This document shows, piece after piece, positions 28,401 to 40,699 of a DNA stretch of 64,000 nt (within the stretch, counting starts at the first letter, position 1; the number at the start of each line of letters is the position of its first letter). Made by a program: the position numbers and the translations under genes. This DNA comes from Phallusia mammillata (Eukaryota), in the NCBI GenBank assembly GCA_965637545.1, contig OZ281501.1, positions 1,488,001-1,552,000 on the forward strand, written 5' to 3'. Below the pieces are notes generated by a model. It saw only the letters and a program-made list of their open reading frames with translations. It ran no database searches and was not told the origin of the DNA.

Positions 28401-28647
28401 ACTTGTAACAGCTGACTATTGAAAGCTTGCTCAGGGGTCAACTAAAACCCGCTTCAACTACACTACTACGCACAGTAATACTCCTTATTCTGTTCAAAAA
28501 CTACACAACAGTACCTAACGTTAGACAAACACGTGCATGTAGTACAACTTACCTTAACAGCAGAAGTGAAGCGACCCAGTATTTCCCCAAAAGAGTCGAA
28601 TTTTTGCTCAACTTAAGCAAAACGTCATCCAAATATTTCCAAGACAT
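19461..28647 (-). CDS. Connexin (gap junction protein), ~321 aa; exons 28647-28553, 27964-27874, 27292-27185, 27084-26994, 21213-21036, 20204-20028, 19686-19461
   Basis: [74 protein letters not shown] and [25 protein letters not shown] show all six extracellular Cys and four TM segments. GT-AG junctions are in phase. AATAAA at 19429-19434. Confidence 0.95.
21266..21336 (+). repeat. Degenerate tRNA-derived element
   Basis: B-box ggttcgaatccc at 21313-21324 with an eroded A-box (tatgcagtgg). Confidence 0.35.
25334..25637. mobile_element. hAT-type MITE with many CCGGAG/GGAGTC subterminal repeats
   Basis: TIRs cagaggtgtac / gtacacctctg. Perfect TSD ctctctat (25326-25333, 25638-25645). Confidence 0.9.
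26129..26309. mobile_element. hAT-type MITE, family C
   Basis: TIRs cagtggtaggattca / tgaatcccaccactg. TSD tgtgtgtg / tgtgtggg (7 of 8). Copies at 56478 and 63763. Confidence 0.85.
26436..26752. mobile_element. hAT-Charlie-type MITE
   Basis: TIRs cagtggttcccaacc / ggttgggaaccactg. Perfect TSD ctttagct. Confidence 0.9.
27997..28009. promoter_or_regulatory. RFX X-box (1-nt spacer) in connexin intron 1
   Basis: gttgccaggcaac = GTTGCC-A-GGCAAC. Confidence 0.4.
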
Positions 28648-29172
28648 CCCGAGTTTTTTGACCCGAGGTTAACTTTTCAACTCGCCCTCTTTGCTGCGTT
28701 TGTTCAACTGGCATCTTGTTTGTGTCTCAGCCTTTAGCATTGCGACACGCAGCTGTTTCATACGTCATAAACGCGACGCGAGAGCGCTACTTTGATTATT
28801 ACGTCATACCTGGTATGGCAATTAGCCAAATGTAACAAGGACGGGATTCTAACTTTAGTATTGCTCAAAACACTAGAGCTACATTACAGTTTGGTTGGTT
28901 TCTGTTTATAATTGCTTCAAGTGTATAAATGTACAATATTAAATACTGGACAAACAAAAAAGCAGCATTATTCGTGTCAGGTACGCACCGTATTTTAGGG
29001 TGATTTGGTTAAAAAATTCTACTTACTAACAGCAATTTGTAAAATTTACATTTAATAATCCGGTTTTTAAATCAGAAAAATTCCATCGCGTAAGCATGAC
29101 AACAGAACAAACCTCGTCATGTCAACGAAAAGCAACAGAGACGTGAAATCAAAACAACCTTAATCCATCCCC

Positions 29173-29186
29173 GTCGCCATAGCAAC
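29173..29186. promoter_or_regulatory. RFX X-box ~530 bp upstream of the connexin ATG
   Basis: gtcgccatagcaac = GTCGCC-AT-AGCAAC, a perfect consensus. TAATCC lies 12 bp away (29161). Confidence 0.45.
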
Positions 29187-31154
29187 ACTAGAAGCAACAC
29201 ATTGTGACGTAACAACTATGACGTCTCGGAAGCGGTTGAAAATAGTCAACAAACATTTGGAACAAAGTCCTTCCGCAACCACACAAAAGATAAACGTCGC
29301 TTTACGTACCTGAGCATACGTTGTAACCTGATTCCAAGACAAAGAAATATTTTAGTTGTCAGGTGAACGACAAAGGTGGAATGGTGCTTGTTTAAACAAT
29401 GTGTGATCGATAATGTAGCGAAAGCAAAGCGTCCCAAGTTCGATTCCCAGTGACGGAGGCAGGAAATACACTGTTTTATTGCGTATTGATCTATTTGAAT
29501 TATTTTAAATAGCTTTTTAGACTTATTTAACCAGTTTTATCGTCATTTTAGTCACAATGTTTTGGCGTTTAATAGACTAGCATGTGTACTTCTTTGGCTG
29601 ACCCTTTGGATGTACGATTTAAACTATTTTAGAAAACAAAACTATCAAAATCTTATTCAAACAATATGGTATTTTTTTGTTTCGAACCAAAATACAACAA
29701 CATAAATTTCACGCAATCCTTGAGCCATTTGAAGTTCAAGAAATTCGTCACGGCTTATAGTATTTTGACGAGTCATATAAATTGCTTTAAATATTGATTG
29801 CTGGACAATCAGCTAAACGTAGACATTGTTATTGATTTTCGGAGCCAAATATTTCTGGTATTTATAAATGATTAAACACTAACGCACGTATGAGACGGTT
29901 TAGCACGTGACAGAAGAAATTTTTACGCCACTTTAAAATATTTTTTCATGTTGTTTCGAGGTTGAATGTACACATGTGTGAATTGAACAAGTAAAATCAA
30001 TCTTTAGACAGATTTTAAAAAATGGACTTTAGAAATCATGCCTTATTAGTTTATATGAAATTAAATGAAAAAAACGTTTTACACCGTTATAACAGACGAA
30101 ACCGAATTCAAGACTTAAACTTGAAACAGATTCTGATGGAAAAATTGTAAAAACAATGGTTTAATTTAATAGTGTTTTCAACATCCTTTGACAAAGTCGC
30201 AGCCAAAATTAAAACCGGAATGTTTTAACAAACCAACATTAAATATCAACAAAAAAAAAGCAGAGTTTACAAAGCCACTCATTGTGTAATTTGATGCCAA
30301 ATTTCTTTTCAGTAAATTTCCAAAACGGATTTTCTATCCGTTCAATCAGTATAAAATCACCAAAGACTTTTTAACGACAGCCACTGTAATGATGAGAAGG
30401 AATTATTAATTTTGAACGACACACACTTGTGATTTTCAATGGCAAAGATATTACCTGACGCAGAACGCCACACCTATCTATACATTTCAAATCAATGATA
30501 CTTAACCGAATAAGAAGCTTTTAACATAAAATCGAATATAATCTCATCAAACACGTTACGTACTAAACCACATTCCACATTCAGCATCAAAATTAACAAA
30601 ACCGTAAAAGAATTTGTGGCTTTTACTGAATTATGACGCAAAACACGTCTATTTTTGAAACAAGCAAAGATGATGTAATTACTCATTGAATGCAGCGTAC
30701 AATGCTAAACAGGCTAACCAAAAATCGTTACTTTTCCAAGGGATACGCGAGAGTTAGAAGAAGGTAATTTGTACTTTGCATGAACCCCCTGCATAAAGGT
30801 TAGAAGAGGCCCCATGAAAAATGTGTTTTAACAAATAACAAAAAACACGAACAAACTTGGAAGCCTAAATCTTTGCAAGCAGGTTTGCAGGAATAAAAGA
30901 ATCTCCAGAAATGGAAAACAAATACTACACTACACACTGACATTTTCAGAATATTTTTTACAAAATGTATAAAAATACCACAAATTAAACCACAAGCCCT
31001 ACCTAAGGCTTAAAGTGCCTTTTAAGTTAGCCAAAAATATGCAGATTAAAAACACTTTAAACACAAAGTTTCACGAAATTTACAAATTTCTGACATGTTT
31101 TACGAATCCAAAGCTGTTCAAAAATCAAAAAAAGCATGTATACAGTTAACGACA

Positions 31155-34100
31155 TTAAGCGTTCCTTATGTCTAAAACAACAACAGTAGTCGACAAGAAA
31201 ATACTTTATATATTTTTAAATAAACAGCAATAGCTTGCATATTTTCTCCAATTCAAATCCTTTTTTTAGCATTTTTACAACACAGCCACATTTATACAAT
31301 AATTCACGTAACACAACTCTGAAATCCGATCACAATATCTTGATTGAATCAGTACATTTTAATCAATCATACATTAATTCGATGTAACGATATCTTTACA
31401 AATTTCGTGCATAAAAAAAACAGTGATTTAATTCTGTTTCTGATCAATGCTGATTGAAGTTTCTTTTTATGACAAGAAATAATTCTGTTTGATAAACGCT
31501 CCTAGCACAACTAAAAAAACTATTTCTATAAAACGCTAAAGCTTTTGAAACCAATGCAAAAACCACAAAAAAATTCAGTAGGGTGAAAATATCGAAAAAA
31601 AAATTTTAACGGCTGTTATTGGTTTCAAAGTCGCCAAATAACTCACCATGCGAAGTATTGTCTGTTTCTGGATGAAATGCGATTAATGCCCATCCAAGCA
31701 GCGCGAAGAGAGCACGAATAACATTGATCGCATGCCACTTTGTAATCGAGCTGGAAAAAAACGCGGTCAAAAATGTTTAGTAGTACTGGATACAGATAAG
31801 ATAAATTCATAACTGTGTTTAGCCCTGAAGCATTCATGCAGACCAGCGAATTCGGCATACTCATATACAGGTTTCTTTTAAGGTTTGGTTTGGGTGACCG
31901 CTAAGTAGTTTTAAGAGACCGCAAGTGTTTCATTTAAATACCAAAAACTGTAGTTGTAGTTGCAAGTCCAAATTTTGGGAAACCGCTGGAGAAAACACAC
32001 TGCTCATATATATAATAGGCCTGGCGTAGTATGATATTACTCGATATAGAACTAAATAGTGGTTAATGAACAACAAAATTACCATCAAGTCAAATCAAGA
32101 GATATACATAAAGGTTATATAAGCTATTACTGCGAGGGATTATATCAAATTTAAAGAGCTCTTCTGGCAAATATATTTTTATTCCGACGTTTCGACGCCC
32201 TACGCAGGTCGCCTTCATCAGGGTAAATAACACTGAATGCGCGTAGTGCAGTGCACGATAAACAACGGAAAACAGAATTAAACCGCAAGCATACATGAAG
32301 GTTCTGTGTTTATGTAATAATTGCTAAGATCACAGACTTCAAACTTACTCGTCCAAGTTTGCAGTGAGGAATGTTGATGTCAGGGTGGAGTTGGTTGGAA
32401 TATTTGCTGTTGCCAACCAATCGTCTAATCCCGTTAACCCGATGTTGAACATCAGAGAAATGAAATACACTGAAATAAATGGAAATGAATACCAGGTGCG
32501 ATTCTTAACATTTTTAATCGAAAGTAACATAACAACGTTCTAATTTGCCATCAACGGCCAAGTCAGGGTTGGAAATACTCGACTAAACCGGGACAAAGTT
32601 TCATTTAACTTGACTTGTTAATGTTTTAAAATAAGAAGCTGAGTTCAAAGTCATTTATTAAAAAACTCACATTCACTTGAGCCAATGTTTCAAAATACTC
32701 CACATAGAATTCGAGTCAAGGTTTCAAAAAACTTAAATTTACACGAGTCAAGGATTCCAAACAACTCAACTTGACTCGAGGCCCGGTTTCAAAACTACTC
32801 AAATTGACCCGCGCCAATGTTGCAAATATTCCACTGAATTCGAGTCAAGGTTGCAAAAAACTCAAATGTACTCGAGTAATCATTTCCAAACTACTCCACT
32901 TGACTACAGTTATGGTTGGTAAAATATATTAATAACTAGTTTCTTTTATCGTTCCCAGTACTAAAACGAACTTAAAGTTTCGTATTTTAAACAATTACGT
33001 AAAAAAAAATATTTGTCTCACATCTTTCCGTACGCCATAAATTACTAAAAAACACATTTATTACAAGTGCCAGGTAATGGATTCAACATATATTTTCAGC
33101 CTATTGTCAAACGGTACAAGTTCTTTTTTATCGGAGACCTGTCTGATTGATAGAAACAATTTTTTTAATTAAATTTAAAATTAGAAGAATCAGTTTTTAC
33201 GATCACTCCACAGACAGAAAAAGGTTAAACTTCGGTCACATCGATTTTTGGTCATTGCTATAAACTCCTGTGATTTCCTTTTCAATTTGTCAGCGAATAT
33301 TACGTCACAAAGGGAATTTAAACAATTCCTGTTGCAATTAAAATGAGGCCATGCACGGAAATTGAATTTATTTTTTGTTTTTTTGTGGTTTTCCATCAAG
33401 CATTTTAAAATTATCTGACAGGTTCCTATTGTATAACATTAAAAGAAACACAAAATGCAGACTAAAACATAATAAAATACCTTATTTTACAAAACCAGTG
33501 GAAACTAACTTTAAATTGAGGTGATTTTTATGGTGTTTTTACAATCATTGGTTTGCAAGTTTTTACCTCATAAACTTAAATTTGAAATGATATTTATGAC
33601 AGTTGCAAAATACTTACATACAATCATCCAAGCTTTCCCATCAACTTTTGCTAAGCTTTGAAAAAAGTTTCGTCCGTATTTTGCAAAGTTAAACCTAAAA
33701 TAACAGAAACTTAAAAAATACATTTTAATCATTTTAGGAAACAAATTTTGGTGATAAAAATCCCTAAAATATATACATAGTGTCACAGTACGTAGTGTGT
33801 TTTGGCTCTTTATGCACATCTATGCTGAAAAAATATTGACGAAAAGATTAGGAAAAACTTTGTCTTACCTGTCCATTGCGGAGACAAAACAAAGCACCAC
33901 TGCAATGTAAAAAGCAGTTTGCAATGGGAGGGCAATTGTTTGGTAAAGTTGCATGAATTCTGTATTTCCTTGCCCATTTATGATGAAAGCCACAACTACC
34001 TACAAGAACATACCAAGCTCTAAAAAAGTGTTACCAACGATTGTTTAGAGATTAACATGAGAATATGAGATATTTCTTTCTAAAGATATTTTTGATTGCT

Positions 34101-36509
34101 TTTCAGAAGTCTAGTTGTTTAAGAATCCAATTTTATTTATCCACAAAAACATCATACAGATCAATACGTAAAACTCATTTTGTTGGCTAAAACCGAGGAT
34201 TTGTGTTTCTTACTGGTTTGCACAAAGAAGTGCAACATATGCATGTTTCTTCTTAAAGTCAGTGTAGATGATACCAAAGGCATACCTTTTACGAGAGCAC
34301 TTACAGGATCACATAACATACCCCAGCCTTGACTTAAATATTGACAATTAAAAACAAACATATCTTAACACAAAATTTACCAACCTCCCATACTGCAAGT
34401 CCAGCTAGTATTCCATGAATTAAGAGGGTGAAAAATAAAAACCCTCTGTGAAAACTCAATGCGACATCAGATGATTTTGTCACAGCAAGTTGCTCTCCTC
34501 CTTCCTGTGCATTCTTAGCTGCATTTAGTTGCCGGGTTTGTAGCCAGTCTTTTGTGTGGCTTGTAAATCCAGCTAATATAAATAAACCCAACTTTTGTGA
34601 AAAACTTCGTGGCATATTGGAGGGCAGACCATATAAAATAAATACATTGTATGTGCAAGTCCTTGTAACAGTCAAAAAAAGGCAAGTTTTTTTTTTTGCT
34701 TTACCTTGTCGAACAAAAGATTAAACATGAATATGTTTGACCCTAACAAAACTGCCAGATACCATGTACTGTACATATATGTTTACAAGTAAAACAATCA
34801 AACATGTATTTAAACCTATAAAGCAAGAAAAAGGGCATGTATGCTCTGTTGTAAGTTAGTGCAGGTTTAGTTGTGTCTGTACAGTTAAAAACAAAACTCT
34901 AAAGTTAAAAAAAATACTAGTGGTCACTTACAGTTGGTCTGCACATAAACTTTTTCTTGAGGCTGACTGTTTCCGTTATGTTTAGCAATCCCTGGTAGGT
35001 TTGTCATTGAAACCATGTCATCCAATCTGTCGACGGGCACAATGTCTTCATCACTGAGTATGTTTGTGATTGCATTTCCATTTGAAATCACTTGGGGTTG
35101 GTCCCTAGGAAGACGGAATAATGGAAGACAATAAATCAAGAAGTAGTACAAATGTAACACCACATGTAAAATAGCCATTTGTTGCAAAAAAAATTAATGA
35201 CACTATTTATTTTACTAAAAATCAGTGGAATATAAGTAACTTAATTCTTGAGTCACAGTATGTCAGGCTTATTGAAGGCGTTATACCAAGACAGCCGGCC
35301 ACCAAACATTCACCACTGTATGGCAAGGCTAGAAAATCTAGTCTCCGGTGGGATTCGAATCCAACAACATGAATATTTCCGTGACTCGCGCTCTACCAAC
35401 TGAGCTACGCAGGCTCAGTTGAGAATCCGCCAAAAGTTAAAACACAAGCACCACTGCCTGCCTCGTATGCTGCACATGTCAGATTTGTAGAGGGGGATCG
35501 CCTTAATTTATGAGAATTGACAAATCATATTTTACCCCACACATTACTGCTGAAGCTATCGGTTTCTTATTGAAAAACAGACCTTGGGCTTCTTGACGCT
35601 TTTCTATTAGCTTGCCGCCGTCTTGCACGAGCCGCTTTTGATGTTGTTGACACATTTGCCGATGCTGCCCGCTGGTGTGTATCTGCAGGACAGATAACAA
35701 TAAAACAACTTAAATTTTGTACATTATTTAGTCAGCCGAACATAATATTTAACATAAAAATATTTTCAATCTTGCCAACTTTATAACTTATAACTAAATG
35801 TGTATGTTGTATTGTGTATATATGGTATTTATAAACTGGTTGTTTAAGTAATGTACCTCCTTGTTCAAGTTCAGGGAGAGATCTTTGAGAAGGCTGCTCG
35901 CTTTCCAACAGTTCTGGTGACCTTTTTGATCAAACAGAAACTTTAATATAGTAGAGTTGAAAATCGTATTTTTAAAAAACATTATTATTTTCTACCGAGT
36001 TTGTTTTCTCCGTGGTGATCGTTTCTTGGGTCTTGGTTCACTAACTTTTGTTGACTCCAACCCAGCAGACTCACTGCAAAAAAAGTAAGAAAAGAACTCA
36101 CCAACATTCTCGTATAACGCCATGTATACTTTTGCTCAAGACAATTTACTATTAAAAGCATCTTGAAGTGTTGTTGTACTGACTTCGGGTAAAAAAAAAT
36201 CAAGCAAACATTTTTGTGTTAACATCACAATGCTTTAATGTTTATTTACTGTTCTGTTTTACACAGGAATATTAACTAGTATTGTTTCTTTTTGACATAA
36301 CAAATACATTTACACCTTATTGGTACACTGAAATGCTCTAGACTTTGACTAAGCTTTACAACAGGTATTAAATGATGATGTATTATAACAAACTTCTATG
36401 CAACAGTTAATAAAACGTTTAAACCAACAGAAATAACAGTTTTTCACCTTGGAGTTGCTCCATCCAATGGTGGTAATGCCCTTCTTGGCAATGGTCGCAT
36501 TGTGTCCAT
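31155..36509 (-). CDS. TMEM237: TMEM237 ciliary transition-zone protein, ~371 aa; exons 36509-36448, 36073-35996, 35921-35857, 35682-35583, 35104-34932, 34572-34385, 33999-33869, 33694-33618, 32469-32349, 31750-31647, 31171-31155 (last exon tentative)
   Basis: N-terminal RPLPRRALPPL, a basic linker, then SDVALSFHRGFLFFTLLIHGILAGLAVW, TIALPLQTAFYIAVVLCFVSAMDRFNFAK and KWHAINVIRALFALLGWALIAFHP. These parallel human TMEM237 as I recall it (DVALTVHRAF-HGFLAGCAVW; SAFDRIDFAK). Phases are consistent throughout. Confidence 0.88.
32179..32230 (-). ncRNA. Minimal type I hammerhead ribozyme motif (Penelope-like-element type)
   Basis: Minus strand: ttatttacc-CTGATGA-a-ggcgacct gcgt agggcgtc-GAAAC-GTC-ggaataa. 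Core boxes are intact and stem II has 7 bp. The ACGT palindrome replaces stem III, the cleavage triplet is GUC, and stem I has 7 bp with a 2-nt bulge. AATAAA follows immediately. Confidence 0.7.
32564..32912. repeat. Degenerate ~32-bp minisatellite (about 8 units, 32641-32912) behind a hAT-like end (cagggttggaaatactcga)
   Basis: Recurring GAGTCAAGGTTTCAAAAAACTCAAATTGACTC-like unit. The second TIR was not found. Confidence 0.65.
35341..35414 (-). repeat. tRNA-derived element (SINE head or tRNA pseudogene) in a TMEM237 intron
   Basis: gcctgcgTAGCTCAGTTGGTAGAGCgcgag...GATTCGAATCCcaccggagac. The D-arm is intact, but the acceptor and anticodon stems are mismatched. Confidence 0.6.
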
Positions 36510-39500
36510 TCTTAACTTGTGGACTCGGATAAAGCTTTGCACAATAAACTAGTAAAACAAGATTTTGTTTCTGTGATGTGAGTAACAGAGTAAGCAACAG
36601 AAAATAACGACCAAACAACACCAAACTAAGACATTAACTATAGATAAGTCCAGTTCAAATTCTATATGATAAAAACAACTGTCACGAATGTTTAAAAACT
36701 TTCAACAACAAATGAAACAAAAGTCAATTTACAAAATACTAAAACAAAACATTTATAAACAAAAATCGCGCGCCTTGTTTCAAGCGGTTATTATTAAAAT
36801 CCCCTTTTTAACTGATTTCTATTGAATGTTTACAAAATTTCGTCATCAGGGCTTGTATAAAATAACCCAAAATTAATGTACGATTTCTTAATTTGACAAC
36901 CACTATGGAACACCAAAGGCCGTCACGGGATAACAATCTGCCAGACCTAGATAGAATCGTTAAATCAAAGTTGGCGCAAAAAAAGCATGTAATTAAATAT
37001 TAATGCGCCCTTTGGTTCAAATATGTGCAACAGTTGCAGACCCATTTCTCCATTAAATGAGTGTTTTATGACTCAGGCTTTTCTATTTGTGACAATTTTG
37101 CCTGCTCATAGGAATATAGATAGCACCAAAATACGGAAAGCGATGCGACTTAAAGCCGCCTTAAACTACTTTTATATCCCATCGGACACACTGATATATT
37201 TTGAACATTCTAATTCTAAAATTAGTAGAAATAAAAGCGAAACGGTTTTTTTTATCGTTCAACCAAAACAAAATCTAAAAATGAATGACTAATAAATGAA
37301 AGCTTCTGTTTAGTTAATAATAACTGTCCTAGTTTTAAGGGGCCATATTAATGTGGATTTCTCGAGACCGATTTAAATACTATTTATGACTTTAATATCC
37401 ATTTTTGCTTCATTATACTGATCAACGTTGGTATAATAGACATATTAAACTGCAAATAGTACATGTTTATTCCGGTTATTCTAAGAATTTCATATCAATT
37501 AGTTTGTATGTAATGACTTTTTATACGACTGACGTCAAACTCTAATTGACTTGTTTCAAAAAAACAAAATAATCGAATCAAAATACTTTGAATATCTAAA
37601 GTTCAAAAGTACGGGAAACAACATTTGCGACTTTAAAAACTATATTTCAAGTATTATGTGTATATTTGTACGGACAGGGCTGTCAAAACAGGATACTAAT
37701 GACGTTGGTGCTAAAAAAGAATCGACATTGGATGCATCTGTTGTTTAAAATACACATTGGGGGGCAGGCGTGCTGCCGGCCTATTCGTATACTGGTTGGG
37801 AAAGTTTTCGCAAATATAACTACCCCAATTGACACTGTATAACTTCCTGCTATGCACGTTTGGTTTCCGAAAGCTGGCACGCCTCCTACAGCTGTTGTTG
37901 GTGCCCTTATTGCTCGTAGAAACGTGCCAACGCTTTTTCTGTATCTCTTACTTAAATATACTTTTGTAAATTTAAACTTTGATTGCTTTTAAGTTACTGC
38001 ATAAACATTCAGAACGCCTGAAAAATTGTAAAAACTAAAACTACTTTTTTAAACTTTTGTACAATTTAACTTTCTAATTTATTTGCTTGTCATATTTTGG
38101 CGCAATTTTATATTATACCGACTAAAAAACGATCAAAACCAGAATGAAAAACCTTTTCTGGAGCTGCGTCTCTCGATAAAGCTGGTTAACGGTGAACTTT
38201 TTGCGTACCGAGGATCACCTAAGCCACCAATCAACTGCGCGCGCCAAACACCATTACCTTTATTGCAGCGTCATCCACGGGACAAGCCTATAATGGTTTG
38301 AGGCAAAAAAAATGAATAGACCCAAACTCAGGGTATCCTGTTTTCGAATGGTAAGTTTGGAATTTTCAAGTCTAAATAAACACCTCGGGTGGTATAAATA
38401 CCTCGGCGAAAATGGCAGGAGCCCAGGTAAAGACCCCACTTTAATCAATAGTTACATTTGGACATGCATGTTTCATCGCAACGTCTTCTTTCCCTTCGCT
38501 AGACGTAAAGCTATATTGCTACCACCAATCGATAGCGTTTGTGACGCAACAAATAACGAGTGAAAAGGAGAGGAGCGCTCGGAGGAAAATGAGGAGCCGC
38601 AAATAGAGCAGCCTATATCGGGCGTGAATCGCTTCCATTTTCGACAATCCAGAGATGACGCGATTTTATCAGGCAACGTTGTGACGTAACAAGCGTCGAC
38701 GCCGATTCATCCCATTGTCTTTCGTTTATGACGTTTAATAGGTAAATGTCTGCTTACCAAGAGCGACGGCGGCCTTACGTTGACATTTTGCCCTGTTGTT
38801 ATATTTCGTGACCGTCGTATATTTAAGCGGGGTGAAATTCCAACGTACTAATATAACCTGTAGCGGTTTGCATATTGCATCGTGAGATGAATGTTAATAT
38901 TTTTACGTATGATATTTTTTGCGTCCGATTAAGCTCACGTTTCGGGCGACGTGCACGCGTTTAGTTTTCGATTAGAAGAAGCTCTACAGATTGGGCCACA
39001 TTTCTAATAAATTGACATCGAAAATAATCGCATTTTCCCATTTTGTGTGGTTAACGTGTAATGAACCTTCATATGCGTTTATGTTTTACAGAGACCATAA
39101 TCACAATTTCAGTTCATTTTGATTCACAACGCGCAAGGGAAGGTTGTTTAGGAAATAGAACTTGGCCGGAAAAGTTAAAACTAAGTACTTTGTGTTTTAG
39201 GATAAGCAATAAAGGCGTCTCGTACAGTAGTCCATACTTCGATTGTTTATCATAGAACTACTGAAAGAGCAATAATGGTTTGGCTAGAGAAAAGTTCGTA
39301 AAAAACTCATAAGCCTATCAAGTTACATAGGTCTTATTGCAGTTTCATCGTAATAGAAGTTGCTATAGCACAATTCGGTCAAAGGTTTGTGGAACTTGGG
39401 TGTGGCATTGTGGTGGTGTGAGTGTAGGGGAAGGTTTGAATACATACCTATGCGGAAAATTTTAAAAACATTCACTTACAGCCTTCTTTGCGAGCTCTCT

Positions 39501-40699
39501 CAGTTGCGCCACATCGAACCAGACAAAACTACACTCAAGGGGGTTCCCCCGCTTTCGACCCGGCCCGACAGTGTGCGCAGTCAAGTGTTCCAGGAGCCAG
39601 AATCGCGAGATACGTAACGGGGTGGTGGTAGGGGGTTACATTCGTTGTGCAAAAAAATACAGACAAAATGACAGTACAATAAAGGTGAAGTTTCTCCCGT
39701 TGTGAAGTATGGACAACTAAAGATCTCCGCTTCCGAAAGACGTATACAGTGCTCGTAGAAAGAAATTTGAAACCGGATGTCCGTATGTGATGTTTTAGCA
39801 TTCAATTTAGTGAGAATATAAATAAGAAACCTCCGTGCATTTGTCAAAACCATAAGTTTGTAGCAAGGTATGGGTCGTTGTTCAGAATTGCATGCAGTTT
39901 CACCAAGTAGTATTACTTCAGTTAGGTTGGGTATAAAGTGGACTGAATGCTTCAACACGTGCACAGTGATACAACTTCAAGCCGATTTGGAGGGCTTGGG
40001 GAACATAAGAGTAAGGTATATCTTGCAATTTTAGCGTCTTAGCATGTGAAAGGTTATTGCAGGTCTAACCAATAACTGCGTGTCAAAATAAATTACGCAC
40101 CCTAATATAGAATAGCTTCAGAAATAATCGGGATAAAACAATGAAATTCCAATCCAAATTCGTTTAGATTTGTGTCAACGATACGAAATACACGAGATGA
40201 AAATAAACGAGAGAAACGTTTACGGTACAGATGGGCTAATTATAGACACGGAGCGACAAGAGTAAAAATTATCTCCCACGCTTACATAGAATACGCGGCG
40301 CAATTTGTGTCAACGTATCGCTTTGCGTAAAGTGATAAAATCAGACAAGGGCGGACTGTACAAGCCACGCAAATTGGCCCAAGGCTTTGCGGCTTTTGTT
40401 GGACAGACTTTTTAAATTTGTCATTCCAGTCAGGGCAATGATATTACAAAAGTTTTCTCAATGAAGATTAACGCTTATTACAGAATTGCGTGTAAGTAAA
40501 TATCATAAGGCGTCTTTTCCAGTGCGACGCAACGCATGAAAAACGACATTTATTGATTTTCAGTTTGCTCGTGGCGTTAAACAAAGAAAACCATCAACAT
40601 TTCGAAACAATTAAAGGCCAACGCAAAGGCCAAAAATTTCAACGACCCTTTTCCAAAAGGAGGTTAATTATGTTAAGTGTTGATTTTACCTACGAAGTC

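Noticed and set aside
29246-29437. ORF containing HSTFV, resembling a connexin N-terminus
   Set aside because: The true exon 1 (MSWKYL...GKYW) is at 28647-28553 with a perfect phase match. This ORF overlaps a tRNA-like remnant.
32641-32912. CRISPR-like periodicity
   Set aside because: The units abut with no unique spacers, the repeats are degenerate, the context is eukaryotic, and there are no cas genes.
35341-35414. Functional tRNA gene
   Set aside because: The acceptor stem has 2 mismatches, the anticodon stem does not pair, and the T-loop is altered.
39581-39964. 127-aa minus-strand ORF
   Set aside because: No recognisable domain, and overlapping frames are equally open. It is treated only as part of the unresolved locus.
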